From a phage, in sequence record PZ386978.1: DNA of 64,000 bases; one strand, written 5' to 3'. Both the position numbers and the translations under genes were made by a program. The notes under the pieces are model-generated. The model made no database searches. It was given only the letters and a program-made list of their open reading frames with translations, and was not told the origin of the DNA. Below, piece after piece: positions 10,618-27,397 of this stretch; position 1 is the first letter of the stretch; each line of letters starts with the position of its first letter.

Positions 10618-11016
10618 ATGAAAACAGAATCTAGAGTAATTAATGGTAAGAAAGTAAATATCATTCTGCTTGGGGCAAGAGATGGTATTAAGATGTCTAT
10701 GAAGTTGGGTAAAATTGTTGTTCCAACCTTTGCACAGATGCTATCAAGTCTGACTGACAAGGGTAAGAAGGAAGCTCCAATGGTTCCATTTAAAGAGCTT
10801 GTTGAAGCTTGTTTTGACAGAATTGAAGAAATTAACCTTGAAGAGATGGCTACCTTATTATTTCAAGGGGCAACTGTTGACGACTTCCCACTTAATATTG
10901 ATACGTACTTCCAAGCAAACTACGGTGAGTTTATTGATTACTTAGCATTTGCGCTGGAGGCAAACTTCGGAAGTTTTTTCGAAGCAAGCATTTTCAAAAG
11001 CCTAACTTCTCAGTAA
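10618..11016 (+). CDS. Tail assembly chaperone (G-like)
   Basis: 132 aa ORF immediately upstream of the tape measure gene; contains a -1 slippery site near its 3' end. Confidence 0.6.
   Translation: MKTESRVINGKKVNIILLGARDGIKMSMKLGKIVVPTFAQMLSSLTDKGKKEAPMVPFKELVEACFDRIEEINLEEMATLLFQGATVDDFPLNIDTYFQANYGEFIDYLAFALEANFGSFFEASIFKSLTSQ
10974..10980 (+). promoter_or_regulatory. -1 programmed ribosomal frameshift slippery heptamer T_TTT_TTC
   Basis: Zero-frame codons AGT TTT TTC; a -1 slip re-pairs both tRNAs perfectly and enters the frame of ORF 11019..11258 with no intervening stop. Confidence 0.55.
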
Positions 11017-11018
11017 AC

Positions 11019-11257
11019 ATGGGTAACACTCTACAGACACCACTAACTGATGCTGCTGTAGAGGCAACCTATGAAGAAGCAGACGAGATGAAATTTGTGC
11101 TTGCTATTTATGGTATGGAAGGGTGTAAAGAAACACTTGACCAACTCTTTGCTATGACATTCTCTGATTTATTATCATTGAGACAATTTCTTGAGATTCA
11201 GAGGTCGTATAAAGAGGAAATTGCTTACAACGAACTTAGAAGAGCAGGAAAAATGTA

Positions 11258-11258
<1 letters not shown>
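11019..11258 (+). CDS. Tail assembly chaperone frameshift extension (T-like part of a G/GT fusion)
   Basis: 79 aa ORF in the -1 frame relative to the upstream chaperone; no convincing ribosome-binding site of its own; ends where the tape measure gene starts. Confidence 0.5.
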
Positions 11259-19274
<8,016 letters not shown>

Positions 19275-19276
19275 TA

Positions 19277-20443
19277 ATGGCAGTAGGTGAAATTCAAATT
19301 AGTGCCTTGCCTCAAGCAGCCTTACCAATTGACCTTAGTGATATCTTCCATCTTAAGCAGGGTATTGAGGATAAGAGATGTACTCTTGAGCAATTACTTG
19401 CTCCACACTCAAGCCTAAGAAATAACCCCCACGGTGTTACTAAAACACAAATTGGTTTAGATAACGTTATCAATGCTCTTCAGTTAGTTGCTGCAAATAA
19501 TTTATCAGACATTACTAATGTTGATGAGGCAAGAGCAAATCTACAGATTATGTCTTCAGAAGAGGTTAATAGCCTTGTCCAACAGCATATTAATGATAAG
19601 AGTAATCCACACAATACAACTAAAGCACAGGTTGGTTTAAGTAATGTTCAGAACTGGACAACATCTAATCTTTATAATGAAGATGCAGATAAGTACGCTA
19701 CAGCAAGAGCAGTAAATAACTTGTACAAGGCTGTTCAGGCTTCTTATCCAGTAGGTACTATCCATCTCTCTATGAATCCTGCAAACCCTTCTACATATTT
19801 AATTTGTGGGGGTACTTGGGAGTTAGTTTCAAGAGGAAGAGCACTTGTAGGTTATGATAGTGATTCTAGGCCAGTTGGTAGTAACTTTGGCTCAAGTAGT
19901 GTTAGCTTATCTAGTAACAACCTACCATCACATAGTCATTCAATCTACCTAACTGGTGGTGGACATACTCATGGGGCTACTATTACTATCGATGGCTTTG
20001 ATTACGGCAATAAGAGCACAAACAGTTTCGATTATGGAACAAAGACCACTAATAGCACTGGTGCTCACACCCACTCAGTGAGCGGTTCAACAAATACCAC
20101 AGGTAATCACACACATACTGTAGGTGGTCGTTACGGGGGTGACTCTATTGGTGGTAAACAACGTGTTCAGGTCTCAGGGACTGCTCAGGTTTCCAGTGTA
20201 GCTGGTGACCACTCACACACTATTAGCGGTTCAACAAATACCACAGGTAATCACCAACACACTGTTGCAATTGGTGCTCACACGCATACTGTTGCAATTG
20301 GTGCTCATACCCATAAAGGCACAGTAACCTTGCAGTCATCTGAGCATACTCACTCAGGTACTACAGGTACTACAGGTGCTGGTCAAGCATTCAGCGTTGA
20401 ACAACCATCCTTTGTGGTTTATGTATGGCAAAGAACCGCTTAA
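19277..20443 (+). CDS. Tail fibre protein (short) with tail-collar-like domain and HxH repeat tip
   Basis: Collar-like segment YLICGGTWE...NLPSHSHS, then repeated HTH/HSH/HQH motifs; C-terminus ...AFSVEQPSFVVYVWQRTA paralogous to the next gene. Confidence 0.75.
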   Translation: MAVGEIQISALPQAALPIDLSDIFHLKQGIEDKRCTLEQLLAPHSSLRNNPHGVTKTQIGLDNVINALQLVAANNLSDITNVDEARANLQIMSSEEVNSLVQQHINDKSNPHNTTKAQVGLSNVQNWTTSNLYNEDADKYATARAVNNLYKAVQASYPVGTIHLSMNPANPSTYLICGGTWELVSRGRALVGYDSDSRPVGSNFGSSSVSLSSNNLPSHSHSIYLTGGGHTHGATITIDGFDYGNKSTNSFDYGTKTTNSTGAHTHSVSGSTNTTGNHTHTVGGRYGGDSIGGKQRVQVSGTAQVSSVAGDHSHTISGSTNTTGNHQHTVAIGAHTHTVAIGAHTHKGTVTLQSSEHTHSGTTGTTGAGQAFSVEQPSFVVYVWQRTA

Positions 20444-20493
20444 AAATTCTTTTACAGGGGGCTGTACAGCCCTCTTTCTAGAGGACAAAAATA

Positions 20494-22839
20494 ATGGCAG
20501 ATTACAAGTTGAGTGAATTAAACTCAATCGATACAATCCGTTCAGATGACCTTCTTCATGTCAGAGTTAAAAAGAGACCTGAAATGCTTGGCGATGAAGA
20601 CCGTCGAATGACCTATCAAGACTTCTTAGCATCTTTTAAACTTGAAAGATTTGTTCAGATTGCTGGTAGCACTATGACAGGTGACTTAGGAATTGTTAAG
20701 TTACTTTATGGTGGTAAGGCAGTCTTTGACCCAACAGGTTCTTCTGAGATTACTATTGGGGATGTTTTAAAGACTTTTAAAATCAACGCAAACGGCCTTA
20801 AACTGACTATTGCAGACGCTTCAAGGTCGGCAACTGTTTATCATACTCTGAATAAGCCAAGTCCTAATGAACTTGGGATGAGAACTAATGAAGAGAATGA
20901 CGCAAGATATGCAAGACTTGCTGTCACAAACACATTCTCTGGGACTCAGCAAATTCAAGGTGATTCTAACTTACTTCGCCTTAGAAACCAAAATGCAAAT
21001 AATGCACAATATATTGAAGGTGTAGACCTAGATGGTTCGGCTAGATGGTGGGTCGGTATTGGTCGCAATGGCGGTGATACAGTAAACCTGTATAACAACA
21101 AATACGACTCAGCCTTGACTGTTGCAAGTAATATTTCTGTTAATAAGTCTTTAGTAATCACTGGTCAAGTTCAACCTTCAGATTTCTCTAACTTAGATGC
21201 TAGATACTTTACTCAGACAGTTGCTAATCAGAGATTTGCACAGTTAGCTGCGAATAACACTTTTACAGGTGCTAATACTTTCACTAACCTTGTTGTTAAA
21301 AAAAATGCTAATGCTATTACTTTGCAGAATACTGATGAAGGTACAGCACTTTATATTCTCGGTAAGAAGTCTGATGGAACAAATAAATGGTATGTTGGTA
21401 CAGACTCTGATGAGACACGTCTGAACATTTATAACTACCTTACAGGTTCACAGGTTTCACTAGGGACTACTATTGGTATTAATAAAACCGTGCAAATCAA
21501 TGGTCAAGTTCAGCCATCTGATTGGACTAACATCGACTCTAGATATATTCCGGCAGCAACATTAAGTACAATTGCAAGAACTAATGCACAAAATACTTTT
21601 AATGGTGCGCAAACAGTTGTTAGTGATGGCGAAGGTTTAGTTATTAAAAACTCCACTCAGAATAGGCCATTGTATATTCGTGGTAAGGACGCTGCCAATG
21701 TATCAAGATGGTGGTTAGGTGTTGGTGACCCAAATTCTACTGATGTAGCCTTAAACAACAGCTTCTCTGGCACTCAGTTAATTTTAGGTAACTCATCTGC
21801 AAGTATCAATAAGACATTAACCCTAGCAGGGCAGATTCAACCCTCAGATTTCTCTAACTTAGATGCTAGATATTACACGCAATCTACCGCAAACTCTAGG
21901 TATATGCTTGCTTATTCTTCTGGCACTGGTACAGAGGTAGGTGATAGTGATGGCGTTGCTTGGAATGCTAAAACTGGTCTGTATAATGTTACAAGGTTTA
22001 ATGGAGGCTCAACACTACTTGTTTTCCAAATGTATCAAGGTTCAAGCTCTACTCCTTCTGCTCAATTGAAATTCGACTACAGGAATGGAGGATTTTGGTA
22101 CAGGTCATCAAGGGATAATTTTGGTTTTGAAGAGGACTTCACACAGATTTATACAGAAAGGTATAAACCAACCCCTTCAGCTATCGGTGCATACACTAAA
22201 GCAGAAACTGACCAGAAGATTGCACAGGCAGTAAGTGATTCAACAGACCTTAACAAAATCTACCCTGTTGGTATTGTAACGTGGTTTAACAGTAATGTTA
22301 ACCCTAATACAGCACTCCCTGGGTTAACTTGGACGTATCTGAACAATGGTGTTGGTAGAACTATCCGAATTGCAGCAGCAAATGGTTCAGATGTTGCTAC
22401 AACTGGTGGTTCAGATTCTGTTACGTTAGCAGTTGGAAACTTACCTTCACACACTCATAGATTCTCTGCGACTACTTCATCATTTGACTATGGTACTAAA
22501 ACCACTAACACTACTGGTGCTCACACCCACTCAGTGAGTGGTTCTACTAACAACACTGGTGCTCATACACATACAGTTGGTGGTCGTTATGGTGGTGACT
22601 CTACCGGTGGTAAACAACGTGTTCAGGTATCTGGTACAGAACAGGTATCTAGCTCTGCTGGTGCTCACGCTCACACTGTGTCTGGTACTGCTGCCTCTAA
22701 CGGAAACCATGCTCACACTGTTGGTATTGGTGCTCACAGTCATACAGTTAGTGGTAACACTGGTGGTACAGGTTCTGGTTCAGCATTTAGTGTAACTAAC
22801 CAGTTCTATAAGCTGATGGCTTGGGTAAGAACTGCTTAA
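20494..22839 (+). CDS. Tail fibre protein (long) with internal repeats, collar-like domain and HxH repeat tip
   Basis: 781 aa; three copies of a GQ(V/I)QPSD(F/W)(S/T)N(L/I)D(A/S)RY repeat; C-terminal LPSHTHRF plus HTH/HAH/HSH repeats; ends ...MAWVRTA. Confidence 0.75.
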   Translation: MADYKLSELNSIDTIRSDDLLHVRVKKRPEMLGDEDRRMTYQDFLASFKLERFVQIAGSTMTGDLGIVKLLYGGKAVFDPTGSSEITIGDVLKTFKINANGLKLTIADASRSATVYHTLNKPSPNELGMRTNEENDARYARLAVTNTFSGTQQIQGDSNLLRLRNQNANNAQYIEGVDLDGSARWWVGIGRNGGDTVNLYNNKYDSALTVASNISVNKSLVITGQVQPSDFSNLDARYFTQTVANQRFAQLAANNTFTGANTFTNLVVKKNANAITLQNTDEGTALYILGKKSDGTNKWYVGTDSDETRLNIYNYLTGSQVSLGTTIGINKTVQINGQVQPSDWTNIDSRYIPAATLSTIARTNAQNTFNGAQTVVSDGEGLVIKNSTQNRPLYIRGKDAANVSRWWLGVGDPNSTDVALNNSFSGTQLILGNSSASINKTLTLAGQIQPSDFSNLDARYYTQSTANSRYMLAYSSGTGTEVGDSDGVAWNAKTGLYNVTRFNGGSTLLVFQMYQGSSSTPSAQLKFDYRNGGFWYRSSRDNFGFEEDFTQIYTERYKPTPSAIGAYTKAETDQKIAQAVSDSTDLNKIYPVGIVTWFNSNVNPNTALPGLTWTYLNNGVGRTIRIAAANGSDVATTGGSDSVTLAVGNLPSHTHRFSATTSSFDYGTKTTNTTGAHTHSVSGSTNNTGAHTHTVGGRYGGDSTGGKQRVQVSGTEQVSSSAGAHAHTVSGTAASNGNHAHTVGIGAHSHTVSGNTGGTGSGSAFSVTNQFYKLMAWVRTA

Positions 22840-22846
22840 TCCCTTG

Positions 22847-22875
22847 TTGACTGATTGTTAAGATGGTGTTAATAT
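22847..22875 (+). promoter_or_regulatory. Sigma70-like promoter candidate (TTGACT-17-TAATAT)
   Basis: Hexamers read directly; located 44 bp upstream of the 22919 start; a 9-bp inverted repeat AAGATGGTG/CACCATCTT overlaps the -10 and downstream region. Confidence 0.4.
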
Positions 22876-22918
22876 TCTTTATGGGTATTCTCACCATCTT
22901 GGCTGATGAGGTGATTAA

Positions 22919-23113
22919 ATGCCTACAATCCTAGCAATTCTTCTAAAAAATCTAGGTAGCTTCTTCTGGAAACTCATTTTATCCCTTCTGAGTGAATACA
23001 TGATTGAGAAAGTGTTCTTTAAGCTTGCAAGATACCTTGCGAGTAAAACAGACACACCTATTGATGATGAGTTCGTAGATAACTTAGAAAAAGCTTTTAA
23101 GGGGGAGAAATAA
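22919..23113 (+). CDS. Small hydrophobic protein (holin-like candidate)
   Basis: 64 aa with hydrophobic N-terminal half (ILAILLKNLGSFFWKLILSLL). Confidence 0.45.
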   Translation: MPTILAILLKNLGSFFWKLILSLLSEYMIEKVFFKLARYLASKTDTPIDDEFVDNLEKAFKGEK

Positions 23114-23485
23114 ATGAAGTGGCTAGAGGAAGCTTTTAAAAATAATATTGGTGCAATTGTAGTTGGTATTTTTAGTGTTATTGGGATGTATACCACGATG
23201 CAAGTTTCAAGTGGTAAGCAAGAAGTGTCTGTCACAACAAAATTACAGCAGCTAGATAATTACAGCAAATCTAATTACTCAGCTATTCGTGATTTGCAGT
23301 CTGACATGAGACTGCTTCAGTTAGGGATGGAGAACCAGAAAGTTCAGTTAGAGAACGTTAAGGGGGAAAACGCAAAACTTACCAAAACCCTTGATAAATT
23401 CTCTGACAGTGTGAATAATCTGGCTCAATCAGTATCAGCCTTGCAAGCTATTACTGAAAAGAACACAAAGAATACTGAAAAATAA
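23114..23485 (+). CDS. Membrane-anchored coiled-coil protein
   Basis: 123 aa; N-terminal hydrophobic segment IGAIVVGIFSVIGMY followed by heptad-like Q/L/K-rich sequence. Confidence 0.5.
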   Translation: MKWLEEAFKNNIGAIVVGIFSVIGMYTTMQVSSGKQEVSVTTKLQQLDNYSKSNYSAIRDLQSDMRLLQLGMENQKVQLENVKGENAKLTKTLDKFSDSVNNLAQSVSALQAITEKNTKNTEK

Positions 23486-23492
23486 ATTTTAA

Positions 23493-23518
23493 GGCTCCTT
23501 TTTACGGGAGCCTTTTTT
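23493..23518. terminator. Convergent-block terminator hairpin between the structural and early gene blocks
   Basis: Stem GGCTCC/GGAGCC, loop TTTTTACG, TTTTTT on the plus strand; lies between the 3' ends of 23114..23485 (+) and thyA (-). Confidence 0.6.
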
Positions 23519-23522
23519 GTTT

Positions 23523-24422
23523 TTACTTACCTACTGACAAAGGTGCTTCAATCTTTCCTGCATGTTTGTAGTTGTAGATGCCACCAATAAAGTCACTTGC
23601 AGTAAGATGTTTTAAGTCACTTAAAGTGTTAAGTGGTACACCAATCTCAAAAGTAGGTGCATGGAAATCTTCATTGTTCATCAGTTCATAAACCTGCTTC
23701 ATATGATTCTGATAAATTTGAGTATCCCCAAAGACACCTATCAAGTATCGTGGAGTGTATCCAGTCATCTTGCAAAGAACTTCCAGAATAAAACCATAGG
23801 ATGCAATGTTAAACGGAAGTCCTAAAAAGGTGTCTACAGAACGCTGATACCATTGTAAGTCAACTTCACCCTCGTTGGTGATATAAATCTGAAACAGAAC
23901 ATGACAAGGTGCTAAAGCCATTGAGTTTGCTGCAATATCTGCTGCATTCCAAGCATTAACAAGCATGTAACGGTCTGTGATATCACCTTTCATCTTCGTT
24001 ACTAAGGTCTCTAACTGGTCTACAACACAACCATTATGACCTTCAAAGTTTCTCCACTGAACCCCGTAGATTCTTCCACCTGCATCTTCTAACCAGTCTT
24101 GTTCAGAAGAATAATTAGAGCTTAACCAGCGTTTAAAATCATCTGACCAGATAGTCCAGCGTTCTCCATCATTTTCATCCCAAGTGCGGTAACGGAGTTC
24201 ACCCAGTTTATTCTCACCATTCAGGAACCATAAAGCTTCCCCAATAACTTGCCGTGTAAACACCTGTTTAGATGTTAAGAGCGGGAAACCAGTTCGCATA
24301 TCAAAACGAAACTGAGGTGGAGCAAAAGCAGAGATAACATCTCCAGTTCGTGTAGTACGCAGTTCACCAACGGATAAAACATGGTTCAAGATATTTTTGT
24401 AACTTGTATCTGCTTGTGACAT
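23523..24422 (-). CDS. thyA: Thymidylate synthase
   Basis: 299 aa; conserved active-site segment LAPCHVLFQIYI and overall ThyA-like sequence. Confidence 0.95.
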   Translation of the reverse strand: MSQADTSYKNILNHVLSVGELRTTRTGDVISAFAPPQFRFDMRTGFPLLTSKQVFTRQVIGEALWFLNGENKLGELRYRTWDENDGERWTIWSDDFKRWLSSNYSSEQDWLEDAGGRIYGVQWRNFEGHNGCVVDQLETLVTKMKGDITDRYMLVNAWNAADIAANSMALAPCHVLFQIYITNEGEVDLQWYQRSVDTFLGLPFNIASYGFILEVLCKMTGYTPRYLIGVFGDTQIYQNHMKQVYELMNNEDFHAPTFEIGVPLNTLSDLKHLTASDFIGGIYNYKHAGKIEAPLSVGK

Positions 24423-24423
24423 A

Positions 24424-24969
24424 TCAAAAGTGTCCTTTTACTTGTGGAACATAAATTTCAAAAGTTGCTTTACCATCCTCTGATGGTTTTGACTGAATCT
24501 TAGCGAAAATTTGACGGTCATGCAACTTATCAAAGAAATTCTCAAAAGGTAGATGCACAGTTGCCTCTTCAGTCACTTCATGAAAAACTGTATGAAAGAC
24601 TACATCAGCATACGGTAAAGCACTAACAAGGATACCTGCACCACCAATTACATAAACATCTTCTTCAATATTACTATCAAGATACTTTAAAAATGCTCCA
24701 AAAGAATCTTGATGAGCCTTAGCAAACATAACATCATCTTTGGTGAAGTCCATACCATAATAAGGCACAGAATTTGTTAAGATGAGGTTTGTACGTTCTG
24801 GTAGAGGTTTACTGCCCAGAGTCTTAAAAGTCTCGTTACCCATAACTACTAAGTTGTCTTTAGTAAGTCTCTTAAACTCTTGCATATCCTGTTTATGTCG
24901 AGGCCACGGCATACCAGTTGGAGTACCAAACTCCCCATTTTCACCACTTGCAAAGATTAATTTAATCAT
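24424..24969 (-). CDS. frd: Dihydrofolate reductase
   Basis: 181 aa; N-terminal MIKLIFASGENGEFG...MPWP DHFR signature; directly upstream of thyA in transcription order. Confidence 0.9.
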   Translation of the reverse strand: MIKLIFASGENGEFGTPTGMPWPRHKQDMQEFKRLTKDNLVVMGNETFKTLGSKPLPERTNLILTNSVPYYGMDFTKDDVMFAKAHQDSFGAFLKYLDSNIEEDVYVIGGAGILVSALPYADVVFHTVFHEVTEEATVHLPFENFFDKLHDRQIFAKIQSKPSEDGKATFEIYVPQVKGHF

Positions 24970-25226
24970 TTTGTAAATCCTTTCTTAATGAACCAGTTGA
25001 TAACATTCTTAACAGCTCTATTGCTATGGTAGATTAAGTGCGGCGTGGGTTGGTATGAACCATAAGCCCAGAATGATAACTGCTCACCACAACCAACACA
25101 TGTCGTACTCTCTTCAGCTATATGACCATTAACAATCACATGAACTTCACCTTGTAAATCTGTACACCCACAATGTGGACATCGGATAGGTGTTCCATCA
25201 GACTCATAGCAGTGTTCAATTTTCAT
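24966..25226 (-). CDS. Zinc-ribbon protein (hypothetical)
   Basis: 86 aa with CPHCGC ... CVGCG cysteine pairs. Confidence 0.5.
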   Translation of the reverse strand: MKIEHCYESDGTPIRCPHCGCTDLQGEVHVIVNGHIAEESTTCVGCGEQLSFWAYGSYQPTPHLIYHSNRAVKNVINWFIKKGFTK

Positions 25227-25742
25227 CTATTTAACCTCAAAAACTGGCTCAAGAACCAATATAAAGTCTACACAGTCATCTTCTTCATCCAGAATACCAT
25301 CAAAGTTCTTAGGAACGAAGTCGAAGAGGCTCATAACAAAACAGTCAGAAGTGACCTTGATAGTTCCTCCCATGTTCTCTACAGTTAACACTGTACGGCT
25401 TTCTTTTACCTCCCTCAGAAGATTACCCACAAAGTCATCTAAGAAGTACTTCATTAGTGACTTGAAACCTTTAGGGTAATCTGTACCAGAGTATGTTTCA
25501 ATCTGAGGCACAAGCTTAACATTTATACTAGTCTTTGTTAAGAACGTGTTAGAGAACATGCTATCAGGTAACTTACAAACAGTCTTTCCAGTACCTTCAT
25601 GTTCAATCTCAACAAAACCAGCTTCGTCGCCACATGTAACTATTTTAAAAGATGCTTCATTCTCATACTGTGAAGCCATAAACTTTTTAAGCATCTCTTT
25701 AAGGAAATCTGCATGAGCATCTTGTAAGTAGATATCAATCAT
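25227..25742 (-). CDS. Hypothetical protein
   Basis: 171 aa ORF in the minus-strand early block; no recognisable motif. Confidence 0.5.
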   Translation of the reverse strand: MIDIYLQDAHADFLKEMLKKFMASQYENEASFKIVTCGDEAGFVEIEHEGTGKTVCKLPDSMFSNTFLTKTSINVKLVPQIETYSGTDYPKGFKSLMKYFLDDFVGNLLREVKESRTVLTVENMGGTIKVTSDCFVMSLFDFVPKNFDGILDEEDDCVDFILVLEPVFEVK

Positions 25743-25755
25743 AGTTAATCACCTA

Positions 25756-26115
25756 TTATGGGAACAGACACTTAATGTCATCATTTTTGAAAACAAAACT
25801 TGTGTAGTTGTGACCATCAACATCCAACCAAACAGCCTGAACATCTACACCATCAAGGTTGTGGTAAAGCTCTTTGATGAAGTGGTCTTTCACAATCTGA
25901 CTACTAGTTGTTTCCAGTTTGATGTTCGAGATTGCTGAACCTACAGCCATGTAGCCCATGACACGTTTCTTCTCAGTATGCTTAATCTTACCATCTTTGT
26001 AAGCCATAATGAGATTGGAGAGAATCTTCACACCATAATACTTTTCAAGGTGAGTGGGTACGCCATAAAAGCCTAATGCGAAGTTTTCAGAGTGGATAAT
26101 GTTTTCACGTTTCAT
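25756..26115 (-). CDS. Hypothetical protein
   Basis: 119 aa ORF; no motif. Confidence 0.5.
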   Translation of the reverse strand: MKRENIIHSENFALGFYGVPTHLEKYYGVKILSNLIMAYKDGKIKHTEKKRVMGYMAVGSAISNIKLETTSSQIVKDHFIKELYHNLDGVDVQAVWLDVDGHNYTSFVFKNDDIKCLFP

Positions 26116-26116
26116 A

Positions 26117-26446
26117 TTAATCTGCCAACCTTAAATTGAAATTAACACCAAATTTTTCACATACTCCCAACATATACTCAAGGGAAACATTCCCAGTGAG
26201 GTGGATTATGTTGGATACACGAGCCTGAGAGATACCGCAAATTTTAGCAACTTGCTCTTGAGAAAGACCTCTGGATTTAATCTCTCTCTTAAAACGATGT
26301 GAAACGAAGTCTCTCATTTCGTCTACATCCATTGGACAAATATAACTCTCCATTTCAGCCTCTCTGTCAGCCTCCCAATCATCTTGTGGGGCATAAGGGT
26401 CAAAAGCTTCATTCATCTTTCTTCTTCCGTTTGCGTGAAGTATCAA
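26117..26446 (-). CDS. HTH (XRE/Cro-like) DNA-binding protein
   Basis: 109 aa; C-terminal LSQEQVAKICGISQARVSNII helix-turn-helix-like segment. Confidence 0.6.
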   Translation of the reverse strand: MILHANGRRKMNEAFDPYAPQDDWEADREAEMESYICPMDVDEMRDFVSHRFKREIKSRGLSQEQVAKICGISQARVSNIIHLTGNVSLEYMLGVCEKFGVNFNLRLAD

Positions 26447-26621
26447 TCAACGAATCTATGTTTGTAGCCCTAACCTTTTCACGTTCATCGTTAAGATAAT
26501 CATCGAGAGCCTTTTCAATCTGTGAATCATCTTGACAGATAACTGTAAAGACTGTAAAGCCGTCTGTATCATCAATTATCTTACCATAACCGCTTCTGGG
26601 ATGTAACTTTTTAAGAGCCAT
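26409..26621 (-). CDS. Small hypothetical protein (upstream partner of the HTH protein)
   Basis: 70 aa ORF whose 3' end overlaps the start of the HTH gene by 38 nt; lysine-rich C-terminus. Confidence 0.45.
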   Translation of the reverse strand: MALKKLHPRSGYGKIIDDTDGFTVFTVICQDDSQIEKALDDYLNDEREKVRATNIDSLIDTSRKRKKKDE

Positions 26622-26622
26622 A

Positions 26623-27006
26623 TCAAATACCTGTGCAGCTTCTGTTTTCTAAGAAATACTCAACACCATACATAGCTTTTTGCATCAAATCTTCTTTAAA
26701 CTGGATACGGTGGTTGAGCATAGCCTGTACATCAATATCATCATGGTGTTTCTCTTTAATATTTGCAGATTGCAGGAAATACTCTGCAAGAACACGATAC
26801 TGATAGTCAGTCACCTTATCAGTCATCTCTGTCAAAGACTCTTCAGAGATTGGTTTAAGTAACTCACCATTAGCCAAAGCAATCCCTTTTACAATCTGGC
26901 AAGTATCTTCTGGAACACCTGATAAGTCCACATTTGGAAGTTCTGTTGCATTGACTGGTAAATTCATTGCCATAACCATTGCAGCAGCTAATAAAATCTT
27001 TTTCAT
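26623..27006 (-). CDS. Secreted/periplasmic protein of unknown function
   Basis: 127 aa with signal-peptide-like N-terminus MKKILLAAAMVMAMNLPVNA. Confidence 0.55.
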   Translation of the reverse strand: MKKILLAAAMVMAMNLPVNATELPNVDLSGVPEDTCQIVKGIALANGELLKPISEESLTEMTDKVTDYQYRVLAEYFLQSANIKEKHHDDIDVQAMLNHRIQFKEDLMQKAMYGVEYFLENRSCTGI

Positions 27007-27073
27007 AATGACCTCAAAGTTATATTAAATTTTGTATTACATTGGGTATAAAAATAAGCTATAACACCTGACT

Positions 27074-27079
27074 TGTCAA
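27074..27079 (-). promoter_or_regulatory. Candidate -35 hexamer (TTGACA on the minus strand) for the 26623..27006 gene
   Basis: TTGACA read on the minus strand about 70 bp upstream of the start; the best -10 candidate (TATTTT) is weak. Confidence 0.3.
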
Positions 27080-27097
27080 CAGATTTTATAGCTTATT

Positions 27098-27125
27098 TGG
27101 CAGATTTTTTATAAGGCTACTGCCA
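27098..27125. other. Module A1 stem-loop: TGGCAG / CTGCCA around a 16-nt A/T-rich loop
   Basis: Inverted repeat read directly; the stem covaries with the region-B copy (TGGTAG/CTACCA) while the loop is conserved. Confidence 0.7.
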
Positions 27126-27130
27126 TCCTT

Positions 27131-27220
27131 CCATACCAAACCGTTCCCAACCCAACCCTACAGCACCGAGCCAAACCCTACCGAACCGTGCCTAACCTGA
27201 CCTAGCCGTACCTTACCAAA
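27131..27220. repeat. Pentamer-periodic array A1: 18 consecutive CCNNN units
   Basis: ccata ccaaa ccgtt cccaa cccaa cccta cagca ccgag ccaaa cccta ccgaa ccgtg cctaa cctga cctag ccgta cctta ccaaa; strict 5-bp register; C-rich plus strand, GG-rich minus strand. Confidence 0.9.
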
Positions 27221-27259
27221 CATCGCTTAAAAACCCTCTTAGAAGACGCTTAAGTGATG
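27221..27259. other. H1 hairpin with conserved loop box ACCCTCTTAGAAGAC
   Basis: 10-bp stem CATCGCTTAA / TTAAGTGATG with one G-T (G-U) position; 19-nt loop; same element recurs at 28759-28797. Confidence 0.7.
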
Positions 27260-27287
27260 TAATCGAATTTTAATGTAGCTTCGATTA
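27260..27287. other. Module A2 stem-loop: TAATCGAA / TTCGATTA around loop TTTTAATGTAGC
   Basis: 8-bp inverted repeat; loop sequence shared with the 27398-27423 stem-loop although the stems differ. Confidence 0.7.
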
Positions 27288-27290
27288 ACT

Positions 27291-27350
27291 ACCCATACCT
27301 CACCTTACTTAACCGTACCGCACAGAACCACACCAAACCTAACACCACTT
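27291..27350. repeat. Pentamer-periodic array A2: 12 NACCN units
   Basis: accca tacct cacct tactt aaccg taccg cacag aacca cacca aacct aacac cactt. Confidence 0.85.
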
Positions 27351-27397
27351 CTCATCACCTTATTAAAAACTCTGTTTAAAGACCTTTTAAAAAGATG

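Noticed and set aside
22538-22795. 85-aa ORF (MVLLTTLVLIHIQLVVV...) in an alternative frame of the long tail-fibre gene
   Set aside because: It is the out-of-frame reading of the HxH-repeat coding DNA (CAC/ACT repeats give Leu/Val runs); an artefact of the repeat composition.
22915-23235. 106-aa minus-strand ORF antisense to the two small membrane-protein genes
   Set aside because: It would be transcribed against the whole structural block and overlaps two plus-strand ORFs that have a promoter and terminator; treated as a shadow ORF.
26117-26446. XRE-HTH protein as a lysogeny repressor (temperate phage or prophage)
   Set aside because: No integrase, excisionase, attachment-site-like repeat or CI/Cro divergent switch is present; gene content is that of a virulent phage, so the HTH protein is more likely an early-gene regulator.
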